Shown in pieces: positions 24,868 to 36,299 of a stretch of 64,000 nt of DNA; the stretch's first letter is position 1, and each line of letters opens with the position of its first letter. The stretch lies in assembly GCF_001194135.2 (NCBI RefSeq), contig NC_068998.1:43085442-43149441 (forward strand), read 5' to 3'. Below the pieces are notes generated by a model, which was not told the DNA's origin, did not search any database, and worked only from the letters and a program-made list of their open reading frames with translations. This DNA comes from Octopus bimaculoides (Eukaryota). Both the position numbers and the translations under genes were made by a program.

Positions 24868-24898
<31 letters not shown>

Positions 24899-25311
24899 TA
24901 TATGTATATGTATATATTCTCTCTCTTTCCTTTCCTGAGCATCTAGTAACACAGTCTGTATCACGTCCTCACATTGTTTTTTGTTGTTGTTTTTTTTGTC
25001 TTTTTCCTTCGTTGAGCTTATATATATATATAAATTTAGATGATAAGNNNNNNNNNNNNNNNNNNNNNNNNNNNNNNNNNNNNNNNNNNNNNNNNNNNNN
25101 NNNNNNNNNNNNNNNNNNNNNNNNNNNNNNNNNNNNNNNNNNNNNNNNNNNNNNNNNNNNNNNNNNNNNNNNNNNNNNNNNNNNNNNNNNNNNNNNNNNN
25201 NNNNNNNNNNNNNNNNNNNNNNNNNNNNNNNNNNNNNNNNNNNNNNNNNNNNNNNNNNNNNNNNNNNNNNNNNNNNNNNNNNNNNNNNNNNNNNNNNNNN
25301 NNNNNNNNNNN

Positions 25312-25346
<35 letters not shown>

Positions 25347-25974
25347 TTAATTGGAAAAGGATGCGTGGTGTTCGATCATATAATAATATAAATAATATAT
25401 TATGATATATGTATATATACAAATATATAAAAACTCTAGACTTATTACATTAGGAGATTCTAAGGGTTGCATTATACTATGCTTACAAAATACATGTTAG
25501 ACTATATTAGCCAAAGGACAGAAGGACAGACGCACCCCTACTACATGTATCCATTAAATCAGTAACCAATTTGAAATTTAGAATTCTCTCCCTTGTCTTT
25601 CTAAACAAAAATTGTCATTAATACTAATGATATTACTTCCCATTACAAGTACAAGTTCAATTGATTAAAAATTATTTTTGGTTCACTAACATTAAGCATG
25701 TTGTTACAGCAGTTAAACATAGTTTTTTACAAAACAAATGTTATGTTAGAATGAAACACAATGTAAGCTCTCTTCTTTACTCTTTCTCTTTCTTCCTCTC
25801 CTCTTTTATCTTCCCCCTCACTCTCGCCATCTCCTCTACGGCTTCTCTTTCAGAAAATTATGTTTAAACCAGCAACATATCTGGATTACATATTACCGGA
25901 TTTATGCTGGTTAATTTGAATACATTTAGTGGTTTGCAAATGGATTTTTGTACATAACAATGTACAATGTTGCT

Positions 25975-26137
25975 CTCATTTTCCACAGTAGTACGTGAAT
26001 GTGTGAGTGTAAATGTGTTTGTGTATGTAAATATACGTGAATGTACATATACATATAACTCTTTCTTACTCATTATATACATGCATATATATATATATAT
26101 ACATAAACACGTGTTTATGTATGTTTGTGTGTCTGTA

Positions 26138-26173
<36 letters not shown>

Positions 26174-26274
26174 AATTTCCACAGTAGTGAGTGAATGTGA
26201 GTGTAAATGAGTTTGTGTATGTAAATATATGAGAATGTATACATACATATCACTATTTCTTACTCATTATATAC

Positions 26275-26352
<78 letters not shown>

Positions 26353-26400
26353 GTATTTATGTATGTTTGTGTGTGTAGAAACATATATATATATGTATCT
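25975..26400. repeat. Local tandem duplication, two units of about 195-230 bp, each ending in (TA)n
   Basis: CTCATTTTCCACAGTAGT..CTTACTCATTATATAC..TATGTATGTTTGTGTGT at about 25975 recurs at about 26171. Confidence 0.85.
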
Positions 26401-26695
26401 CATAGTGTTGTTGCTATTATTATTATCATTATTATTTTTTTTAATGTATAGCAGGGCTGTGGGTGGAGGTGTGGAGAGAAACAAACATAGGAAGCTGACA
26501 GCATGAAGTTAGTTGATGAAATAAGTAGAACAAATAGACATACTGATACATCTATTTCATTCACCCTAAAGGAATGTTCTACACAGATAATGCTTTTGTC
26601 TTTTTATATATTTTTATTTCCTTTTCACCGTATTATATATATATTTTTTCTTCTCCTGCTATCTCCATTCAGATTTGTATATATTTTTATATTCA

Positions 26696-26769
26696 GCGTG
26701 TGCATATATATGCGTGTGCATATATATGCGTGTGCATATATATGCGTGTGCATATATATGCGTGTGCAT
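26696..26769. repeat. 16-bp minisatellite (GCGTGTGCATATATAT) x4.6
   Basis: Direct reading of perfect units. Confidence 0.95.
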
Positions 26770-27044
26770 GTGTTATTCAATTTCTTTCTTTATTTTTTTA
26801 TCATCGATAAATTGATATTAGTATAATAAGTGTTATTTCAATGAGAAAGAGAAGCAATGAGAGAGAGAGAGAGAGAGAGATCTAAAACAAATATATATTG
26901 ATTTTAGGTCTTGAAAATGGGATTGAGTTTTGATTAGAAACTCAGACATAGCTAAATGCTAATACAAACACAGTTGTTTGTTTCTGTTGGCTGGGTTGTG
27001 AAATGGTAGAATCTGTAGAACACACAAGATTTCACAGACAGAAG

Positions 27045-27230
27045 ATTTTTACAGAATCTGGTTACATTCCTTTATGATCTGAGCTTAATTCCTGCCTCTG
27101 TCAACTTAGCCTTCCTTCCTTCCTTCCTTCCTTCTGGAGCCAATAAGATAAGTACCAATCGAGTATAGTAATTAATTTCATCAACTATAACCCCTTCTGC
27201 AAAATGTGATAGCCCTGTGCCTTACTTAAA
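27045..27230 (+). mobile_element. SINE family E, diverged
   Basis: CTGAGCTTAATTCC..GTCAACTTAGCCTTCC..AATAAGATAAGTACC..GCCCTGTGCC. Confidence 0.6.
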
Positions 27231-27412
27231 AGCCATTACTTTATTATGTTGTACTACCTCCTGACCACTGCGTTTTGTTCCAGGAAATCTCTTAGAGTAC
27301 AGTATAGTACAATATAGTATGGTATTGAATAGTATAGTATAGTTAGCATGCTGTTTTACTTCTTGTGGCTTAGACAACTGACACTGGTCAATAGGTCTCA
27401 GCAGTTGAGCAT

Positions 27413-27459
27413 CCATCACTGATGAAACCAAGGAAGGTTGAAATCATATGATCTGGTGG
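27413..27459 (+). ncRNA. Type I hammerhead ribozyme with intact core
   Basis: CCATCA CTGATGA AACC-AAGGAA-GGTT GAA ATCATATGAT C TGGTGG. It has a 6-bp stem I (one G-U), a 4-bp stem II and a palindromic stem III, with an AUC triplet. Predicted cut at 27453/27454. Confidence 0.82.
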
Positions 27460-28772
27460 TCTTGATGTTGGAGTTGGTGGGGAATTTATCTTCCTGCTAG
27501 TGATATAAGCATGTGTGCATTCTACACCAAAAGCCTATATGAGAATTTCTCTCATGGTATCTACCACAGTAAAGTGTGTTCTTACTTAAGCGGGGATAAG
27601 TATTACCCCAAGTTAGGATAGTGATCTCATTATGCTGTGACTGGTAATGCACAGGCATGAGCTAAGGCTAGATACATCTAGAGATAAGCTATAGAAAGAA
27701 ATTACACATATGGCAACCACTTCTGTACACTGCTGCCCCATTTGTGGGACTTCTTTCTATAGCTTATCTCTTTCTCCAAGCTACAGTTTAAAGTTAACTC
27801 AAGCCAATCACTGGCCTGCATTTGTATGTTTGACATCTGAGCATTTGGTGTCAACCCTTATGGCCTCAGTAGTTTCTTCTGGAAGACATTTAAGTCAAAG
27901 TTTATGATTATTCAAAAGTCCCTGGCTTGGCAGCCCTATTGAAGAGGGCTGTTATTTAGTCTGCAGTTATGATCCTATTAAGGCTAATAGCCACTAAATT
28001 CGACCAAGATGTACACCAAATGATATTGTTTGGCATGCACTTCTTCACTGTTCATGTATTGCTGATTTGTGGGCTTATGGTGAACATTTATGGGACAGAT
28101 CTGGCTGTCAGCTGAGTCCATCGTGAAGACTGACATATTGATTTAACATTTTCCTTTAGCAAAGAAAAGTGGATAGTTCGTGGTTATTGTAAAGGAAGCC
28201 ATGCAGTGAATATACTACAGAACTTCCTTTGAGAAAATGCTCTCAACAACTTCAAGGCATGAGGAGAAGATAAAGAAAATAATTATAAGATGCATATGAG
28301 TGGCAAAATTAACAAAGCTAAAAGGACCTGTTCCATGTGGCTGTAATTCGGCAACATGAACTTGGAAAAGGTGTCCTTATTTATGTGGCAAGGTAATTTT
28401 GTGTTGTTTGCGGTGGTGGTGGTGGTGATGATGGGGTTTCAAAATACTTATGTGGTCCCCCACTGCCCATTTATGGTAATCCTTCCTCTTTGTTATTTCT
28501 TTGATATTGTTGTTAATTGCTGTCTGTTAATGTGTTTATTGTTTGATTGAGCTCACCTCTCTTAATGTGACCCCTCCCCCCAGTTTCTTGCTTGGTGTTT
28601 TCTCTTGTATTTCCTCTTTAAAACATTCCCCTCTTTTAATGAAAATTAACTTTTTCAAGAATGTGTTATTGTACCAATACAACAAAAAATTACCTGTATT
28701 TTTGCTTGCTAAAGCATTGAACTTATGATAATTAGTCTTCACTTCAAACACAGTTGTTGTTTGTTCTTTCTC

Positions 28773-29053
28773 TAGCCATGCCTGGCTCATAAGGGCTGGT
28801 TTCCCGGTTTCATTGGCATCTAGGTTCCCCACCTGGATGAGACACCAGTCTATCACTGTGGTGCTGCTAGATGCAGGAGAAAAGAGTCAGAGAAAGTTGT
28901 GGCAAAAAAGTCAACAGAAGTTCACCGATACCTTCTGCCACGTGGAGCTTAGGTGTTTCGCTCATAAACACACATATCATCTGATCTGAGATTTGAACCC
29001 ACGATCTCTCAACTGCAAGTCTGCTGCTCTAACCACTAGGCCATATGTCTCCA
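28773..29053 (-). mobile_element. Composite SINE: family C head and body joined to family H tail
   Basis: About 28865-29053 matches the first ~190 bp of C. 28773-28860 matches the H tail at 55545-55625. Confidence 0.72.
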
Positions 29054-30367
29054 CTCACTGCAAACACAGTGGTTTGATAAAATTGGTCACAGTGGTATAC
29101 TTGGAATTTTGTCGGCCAAAAAGCACTTATATGTGTCGTTTGAGAAGTGGTGTACACAGGCTGATTTAGTTATACACAGTTGGAACATACCGTTTGCTAA
29201 ACTGCTGCCATGTACAAGAGACAAGGATCAGCATTCTCTTCTCTTCTCTGCAAGGTTTTGGATTTTTGCCAAATTAAGAAATTACTAATATTAATGTTTT
29301 TGCTTCATTTCAATGTGTGATTTTCATTTTCTTTCTCCTCTCTCTTTTAAAACAAATATTTGTCTAAGCAAAATATATTTATCTAAAGAAATAAAAATCA
29401 TTTTAAATCAAATACAAAACAATAAAACCTTGTAAAATACCAAAGACTTTTGACTTCAGATGTAATATGAGCTTGCTTTTTTATTATTTGTTTTAATTTT
29501 TATTTATTTATTATTCTTATTCTTATTTTTGGAATATTTTGCTTTATAAATGATATTATGTCAACACTAATATTTCATTATAAGCAGTTAGAGTATTGTT
29601 CATATATTTGGCTTACAGTTCTTGCAATACACTGAAGAATTAACTTGGCCAAGTGGATATGGTATATTTTTTTATTACAGCTCTAGGATATTGCATTCAT
29701 ATCTACTGCAGATATTTCATGGCATTTATGGATAACACACATGAGTCTATGACCTTGAGTTTATCCATCAGTAACAGATAGGGTCAGATTATTTGAGAAT
29801 ATTTGTTGAAATAGATAATTTGGTCATCGTGTCATGAAACTAGATTTAAACACTTAATCTGAAAAAAAAAGAAAGAAAAACAGTTTCAGACAAATCATAG
29901 GAAGTTCTATATTGTCATACTATTTGTTGAAAATAGCAGCAAAATCTACCTCAAAACATCTTACCATTTTATTAAAGACATAATGGCTATTATAGTCATA
30001 AATACAAAGCATCTATATATTTAAAGTTTGTTCGATCAGGGATGACTAAGTAGTGAGCAGTAACAACGGATAAGGTTTCGAAGCTTCATGCATATGAGAC
30101 AGTAAAGCAACCTCAGTTTAGTTGCTTGATGTAGTGAATGCAATAGCTAAATCAACATCAGGGCTTGAAATAAAAATGGAGGTTACAGAAAACCCATTAA
30201 AAAAATCAAGCACTTTATTTAGCACCCTACTCAAAATATTGATATCTGCTTAAAGGTAGTGGTCTCTCAGTGATTGAGGAAGATATAAAAGGTGTGATTG
30301 GATATGCACAGGACAGTATAATTTATCAGACCAGTGGAACATGATATTTCACCCATCAACAGTTTAA

Positions 30368-30584
30368 CTCTAGCATTCGGATTATTCTGTTAAATATAAA
30401 CTTTATTTATTCTCATTGTTTTCAATCAGTCCTGTATTATCTCATGACTCTGAGATTTCGATGATGTGATTGTTTATTTTAGAATAACATTGTAGGATAA
30501 CTATGAGAGGACGGGTCTGGTCAGTTTGAAGATAAAACTGGTAGAATATTTGGGCCTGATATGGTTGGTTTAAATGCTAAAGGG
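30368..30584. mobile_element. TTAA-flanked piggyBac-like MITE, family G
   Basis: TTAA|CTCTAGCATT ... AATGCTAAAGGG|TTTA. Confidence 0.75.
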
Positions 30585-30639
30585 TTTACATAAATTTGGC
30601 TTTGTCATCCCTCTTAGTCAGAGAAAGAAAGACAGGACT

Positions 30640-30905
30640 CATAACCTGCTGTAAAAGTGTCTGTGCAGTGCCATGTAAAAGTGCCCTTATGGTACCACAT
30701 AAAAGCACTTGTGCAGTGCTATATAAAAACATTCAGTACACTCTGTAAAGTGGTTGGTGTTAGGAAGGGTCTCTGGATTTAGAAACCATGCCAAATCAGA
30801 CTGGAGTCTAATGTAGCTCCCCAACTTGCCGGCTCTAATCAAACTATCCAACACATGCCGGCATGGACAATGGATGTTAAATGACGGTGATTTTGATAAT
30901 GATGA
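30640..30905 (+). mobile_element. RTE LINE 3' end (D), short-unit subfamily
   Basis: About four 25-30-bp TAAAAG-containing units, then CAGTACACTCTGTAAAGTGGTTGG..TAGGAAGGG..CATGCCGGCATGG..(GAT)n. Confidence 0.78.
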
Positions 30906-31059
30906 TGTGACAGGTAGGAGACAGAGAGTAAAAACACCATGAAGAATGGATTGTTGCAGTAATAAGAAGCAGCATGTTTGGTTAGCATTTTTTCCTGACT
31001 AAATGGCAGCAAAGTGACAGAATAATTAGCATGCCAGCCAAAATATATATGTGTGTGTG

Positions 31060-31315
31060 TGTATGTATGTTCATGTATATCTATGTGTGTGTGTCTTTGT
31101 GTCTTTGTTTGTTCCTCACCACTCTTTGACAACCGGTGCTGGTGTGTTTACATCCCTGAAACTTTGTGTTTCAGCAAAATGACTGATAGAATAAGTAGTA
31201 GGCCTAAAAAAAGTAAGTCGANNNNNNNNNNGGGGGGTCAATTCATTTGACTAACACCCTTCAATGCAGTGCTCCAGCATGGCTGCAGGCAAACAACTGG
31301 AACAAGTAAGAGATA
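31060..31315 (+). mobile_element. SINE family A, 3' half (10-N gap inside)
   Basis: TTGACAACCGGTGCTGGTGTGTTTAC..GATAGAATAAGTA..GCTCCAGCATGGC..AACAAGTAA. Confidence 0.8.
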
Positions 31316-31869
31316 AAATCTATTCATTTTTAAGTATCAGAATCTTATATAAGAAATTATTGTTAGACTATGTTCCAGACATGAATTTAATAACGCGAAG
31401 GTTAGCTGCTTAACTAAATTATTCCAAACTTGCAACTATTTCCAGAATTAATTGAAAGAGTATTTTTGCATAATTAATGAAAGAATTAAAAACCTAATTG
31501 GAAAAATATGCAGAAACAAAAGCAAAGCATTATTATTATTCATTGACTAAAATTGTTTAATAGGAGCATTCATACATTGTTAGATTATCAATAAATAAAA
31601 TTACCATGTGGGGTGTCTTGTTCTGCATTGTGTTAAAGGGCAAGGGTTCACATTGTTAGACCTTCCACTTCCTGGGGCATTCAAGCTTATCAATTTTCTA
31701 TGACCTCTCCTGTGAATCAGCTATTACTGATGCTGATCCTTAACCAAATTTCTTGAAGTTCAAACATTACATTAATAGTATTTGAATTATTTTAAAAAGT
31801 ACACTCAATCGGTCGGTCGGTCGGTCAGTGTTTGTAAATATGTGGCTGAGTTGGTGCATTGATTGAGCT

Positions 31870-32090
31870 GTTGGTGCCACTAATAGATTGGATTTGGACA
31901 ATCCTGCTTTTTCTGCAAAACCTATTATTTCTAGATTTTTGTGTACATTTGTTGTTACATTGCCTAATGCTCCAATGATGATAGGTACAAATGAGAATTC
32001 ATAATCGGGATACAAGAGCTGTAAGTTCCACATTAATTCGCCAGAAATGTTCTCTTTTCCTGGACGTTTTATTGTACTTCTACATTCACT
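31870..32090 (-). mobile_element. Restriction-like-endonuclease non-LTR retrotransposon (R4/Dong/Rex6-like), C-terminal remnant
   Basis: KENISGELMWNLQLLYPDYEFSFVPIIIGALGNVTTNVHKNLEIIGF, then after a frameshift RIVQIQSISGT. This matches the KE..Y..L..L..L...VPIIIGALG...L..LG end of RLE domains. Confidence 0.78.
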
Positions 32091-32203
32091 ATGTATATAT
32101 ATATATATATAAAATTTACTAATAAGGGTAGAAATTGATATTAATCAATTAAAACCAGTGGTCTAGCATATTTTAAAAAATCCGAAGATTAAAATTATAT
32201 TAC

Positions 32204-32367
32204 ATACAAAGATAAGAGGAAAGACCAGCAAAAAATTTCAGCGACACAACAGACTCTAAAAGGCCAAGACAAATGAAAAAATACTTAATAAAAAAATACT
32301 AAATAAAAAAACGGCATCTATTTCTAGCATATAGGAGTCCACTTTTGCTGGTCATTCCTCTTATTTT

Positions 32368-32372
<5 letters not shown>
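32204..32372. repeat. 30-bp inverted repeat (2 mismatches) with 109-bp spacer
   Basis: ATACAAAGATAAGAGGAAAGACCAGCAAAA (32204-32233) versus the reverse complement of 32343-32372. Confidence 0.9.
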
Positions 32373-32404
<32 letters not shown>

Positions 32405-32408
<4 letters not shown>

Positions 32409-32925
32409 GTGGAGAATGGAGCAACAAATACAAGAAGAAGCAATTCTGTTGGGCTAGTTAGCCGCTGTTTTATTATGTGGAGGTTATGTAATGAGTCATT
32501 GTGGAGGTTGAGGTTATGTAGTGAGTCATTGTGAATGTTATGTAATAGTCATTTACGTACGTTTCAATCTAGCCAATGGTTTGGCAGATCTCATCAGAAT
32601 GTTGAGGAGTATGTTAAGAGTTCGTGGTGCGAGGGATGTAGGAGAAGTGATTGGTGGGTATATTAACGTATATGGTGGTCTAATAATAGCGATAGGTTAA
32701 GAAAGCCTTACGTTTTAGTTGAAGTTGTGTAGGATGGGTGCTATTTAAGCTCATTATTCCGGTTTTAATCAAATGCATCTCTACGTGATTTTATGATTGA
32801 GGGATCTGTCATATATTTATAGCACCGGCGGTGTTAGTACAGGGAAGCAACCTTAAATTTAGGTGAAAAGGTTGCTTGGATGCTTCAGATTACCCCTGAA
32901 GGATTGAGGCAAGCCTATCATTTAC
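32405..32925 (-). mobile_element. Penelope-like element 3' remnant (GIY-YIG tail, hammerhead, short tandem repeats)
   Basis: Frameshifted minus-strand FKVASL..TDPLNHKI.EMHLIKTGIMSLNS weakly fits the R.I.E...I.....LN end of PLE GIY-YIG endonucleases. A palindromic-stem-III hammerhead lies downstream, and (TA)n flanks both sides. Confidence 0.55.
32550..32601 (-). ncRNA. Minimal type I hammerhead ribozyme with intact core
   Basis: CATT CTGATGA GATCTGCCAA-ACCA-TTGGCTAGATT GAA ACGTACGT A AATG. It has a 4-bp stem I, a 10-bp stem II with one bulge and a palindromic stem III, with a GUA triplet. Predicted cut between + positions 32554 and 32553. Confidence 0.82.
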
Positions 32926-33599
32926 CTATATATATATATATNNNNNNNNNNNNNNNNNNNNNNNNNNNNNNNNNNNNNNNNNNNNNNNNNNNNNNNNNNN
33001 NNNNNNNNNNNNNNNNNNNNNNNNNNNNNNNNNNNNNNNNNNNNNNNNNNNNNNNNNNNNNNNNNNNNNNNNNNNNNNNNNNNNNNNNNNNNNNNNNNNN
33101 NNNNNNNNNNNNNNNNNNNNNNNNNNNNNNNNNNNNNNNNNNNNNNNNNNNNNNNNNNNNNNNNNNNNNNNNNNNNNNNNNNNNNNNNNNNNNNNNNNNN
33201 NNNNNNNNNNNNNNNNNNNNNNNNNNNNNNNNNNNNNNNNNNNNNNNNNNNNNNNNNNNNNNNNNNNNNNNNNNNNNNNNNNNNNNNNNNNNNNNNNNNN
33301 NNNNNNNNNNNNNNNNNNNNNNNNNNNNNNNNNNNNNNNNNNNNNNNNNNNNNNNNNNNNNNNNNNNNNNNNNNNNNNNNNNNNNNNNNNNNNNNNNNNN
33401 NNNNNNNNNNNNNNNNNNNNNNNNNNNNNNNNNNNNNNNNNNNNNNNNTTATTTTATGTATGTATGTATGCATATATGCATGTGTGTTTCTGTGTGTGTG
33501 TGTGTGTTTGTGCATGTGTGTAAAATGCAGTAAGCATTAAAAAGTAAGTAAAAAATAAAAAAATTACGCAGTGAGGTGCATAATCCTAAGATCACTACA

Positions 33600-33910
33600 T
33601 CATGCTTCTATAGTTGTCAAACTTGGACGTTCTATTTTCGGCACTGAGGTCTATTCAACCTATCTGAGTAGCCTCCTCTACATTCTATTCAGTCAGCAAT
33701 ATATACATCAGTTGGCAACACATCTTCAGTAAACAAAAAGTTCTTTCAAGATAAAAGAACTAAAAATATTGAAGCTAAAATTCTCTAGGTCCAGTTTTAT
33801 TGATCTTACCAAATTATCTGATTGGAAGAAAACAGAAACCTAAGACAGCTGTTTTCACAAACTCCTACTTAAATTTGAAATGCGGTATATTGAAGACATA
33901 AAGTTAATTG
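33600..33910 (+). mobile_element. RTE-BovB-like LINE remnant (heavily decayed)
   Basis: FYSCQTWTFYFRH*...IEAKIL*VQ...LEENRNLRQLF resembles LLYGCETWT.Y.RH...IEA.L...QLRW.GH..RM.D.R.PKQLF. Confidence 0.6.
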
Positions 33911-34004
33911 CAAGGCCATCCCTAGGTGGACATGTTGAGACAGCTACAACAAACATGATAGTCTTGCGGTTGGCAAAGCTGGTATATCTTTTATCTTTTA
34001 TCTT

Positions 34005-34250
34005 CTATATTACATTTGTTTCAGTCACTAGACAGCGTCCATGCTGAAGCACCACCTTTAAGGATTTTAGTGAAATTAATCAACACCAGTACATTTTTTT
34101 TATTGTTTTCTTTTTTTATTTTTAAGTGTAGTACTTATTCTGTTGGTTCTCTTTTGCCAAACTGCAAAGTTATGGGAATGTAAACTCACCAACACTGGTT
34201 GTTGAGTGGTGTGTGTATGTGTGTGGTGGGGACAAACTCTCACAAACACA
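34005..34250 (-). mobile_element. SINE family A, 3' half (diverged)
   Basis: TTGTTTCAGTCA..CATGCTGAAGCACCACC..TTTTGCCAAACTGCAAAGTTATGGG..GGGGACAAAC. Confidence 0.75.
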
Positions 34251-34452
34251 CACACACATATATGTATATAGATACATATATAATGACACACATGGTTTTC
34301 TGGGACTGTTCTTTTCTTTCTTCCTCGACCTTCCAACTTCTCTCTTTTCGATGAAGAGCCCATGCTTGAAATGTCACAGCCTCTCTTTTTTTTCCATCTT
34401 GAATCAGCCTAATACATTCACTTAGTTGTTTTTGTTTTTGTAATTTTGAAGG

Positions 34453-34490
<38 letters not shown>

Positions 34491-34494
34491 TCAT

Positions 34495-34880
34495 CATCAT
34501 CGTCATCATTTAAAATCTGTTTTCCATGTTGGCATGGGTTGGATGGTCTGACTGAAAACTAGTAGGCTGAGGAGCTACACCGGGTTCCAATCTGATTTGA
34601 TGCAGTTTCTATAGCTGGATGCCCTTCCTTGCGCCAACCACTCCAAGAGTGTAGTGGGTGCTTTTTATGTGCCACTAGCATGGGTGTCAGTTATATAACA
34701 CCAGCATCAGCCATGACTATGATCTCATTTGGCTTGACAGGTCATGCCAAGTAAGGTATATCACCAAAGGTCTCGGTCACCTGTCACTGCCTCTGTGATA
34801 CCCAACTTTTGAATGGTGCTTTTTACATGCCATCGGCACAGATGCCAGTTATGCAACACTGGCACCAGCCACGACTACGA
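34495..34880 (-). mobile_element. RTE LINE 3' end (D) including the last codons of the ORF
   Basis: Reverse complement has GGTATCACAGAGGCAGTGACAGGTGACCGAGACCTTTGG (GITEAVTGDRDLW), which aligns with 6890-6960 and continues into the D tail and (GAT)n. This links D tails to the RTE ORF. Confidence 0.85.
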
Positions 34881-34894
34881 GTTCACTTGTATAT

Positions 34895-35104
34895 ACTCTT
34901 TTACTTGTTTCAGCCCTTTGACTGCGGTCATGCTGCAGCACCGCCTTAAGTCGAGCAAATCGACCCCAGGATTTATTCTTTGTAAATATTTATTCTAAGG
35001 GTCGCTTTTTGCGAACTGCTAATTTATGGGGATGTAAAACACCACTGTCGGTTGTCAAGCGATGTTGGGGGAACAAACACAGACACACAAACATATACAC
35101 ACAC

Positions 35105-35149
<45 letters not shown>

Positions 35150-35305
35150 GTTTCGTTAAGTTTCCAACTGCCAAATCCACTCACAAGGCTTTGGTTGGTC
35201 CAAGGATATAGTAGAAGACACTTGCCTAAGGTGCCACACAGAGGGAATGAACCCGGAACCATGTGGTTGGTAAGCAAGCTACTTACCACACAGCCACTCC
35301 TGTGC
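34895..35305 (-). mobile_element. SINE family A, full length
   Basis: Collinear with the reverse complement of 56713-57113. Confidence 0.9.
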
Positions 35306-35308
35306 CTG

Positions 35309-35344
<36 letters not shown>

Positions 35345-35490
35345 ATGGGCTTCTTTCAGTTTTGACAAATCCACTCACAAGTGTTTGGTTGACCTGAGGC
35401 GATAGTAGAAAACACTTGCTTAAGGTGCCACACAGTAGAACTGAACCCGGAACCATAAGGTTAGGAAGCAAACTTCTCACCACACAGCCA
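35345..35490 (-). mobile_element. SINE family A, 5' half, tandem to the previous copy
   Basis: GGGCTTCTTTCAG..CAAATCCACTCACAAG..GAACCCGGAACC..CACACAGCCATG. Confidence 0.85.
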
Positions 35491-35724
35491 TGCTTCTTTT
35501 CTTTGATTGATATTAATCAAAACATATGCATCAGGCCAAATAGATCAATATAAAGATCAAAATACATATATATTAATTTTTGTTTTTTCATCCAGCAATC
35601 ACCTGGGAAAAGCTGTGTAGCCAATTACGGCCAGAAGATCTGAAATAAACAACAAACAAACATTATTAGAAAATATTGAATTGATAAAAATATTCATAAA
35701 ACGAAGTATGTTTAGTTGGCTGGG

Positions 35725-36254
35725 TGGTGGTGGTGGTGGTGGTGGAGATCAGTTTGATTTTTGTTTTTGATTTTGTTTTTGCCATTGAATATTCTATTTC
35801 TAAACTTACACCTAACATTGTATAATTGAACGGTAAACCTGACACGACACTTAGAGAGGCCAACTGAGTAGAAAAAGTGTACATTATATAAAATGTACCA
35901 CCGTCATCGTCATCGTCATCGTCATCATGATGATCAGCATCGTCGTCAGCATCACTATCATCACTACCATCCTTCATCATCATCATCGCTATCATCATTG
36001 TCATTGTCATTATCATCATCATTGTCATCATCATCATCATTGTCATCATCATCATCGTTTCATCATCATCATCGTTTCATCATCATCATCATCATTGTCA
36101 TCGCTATCATCATCATCACCGTTTCATCATCACCATCATCATTTCTACCAGCTGTTATCAATACCATCAGTTGCTGAGGTGGCTACTGCCAACCCTTCTA
36201 CCACTACCCACTATTGCTACTACAACTGCTGCAGCTGCTACTACTATTACTACA

Positions 36255-36299
<45 letters not shown>

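Noticed and set aside
27905-28300. Mariner-like degenerate region (TTATTCAAAAGTCCCTGGC)
   Set aside because: No matching TIR and no translatable transposase motif found.
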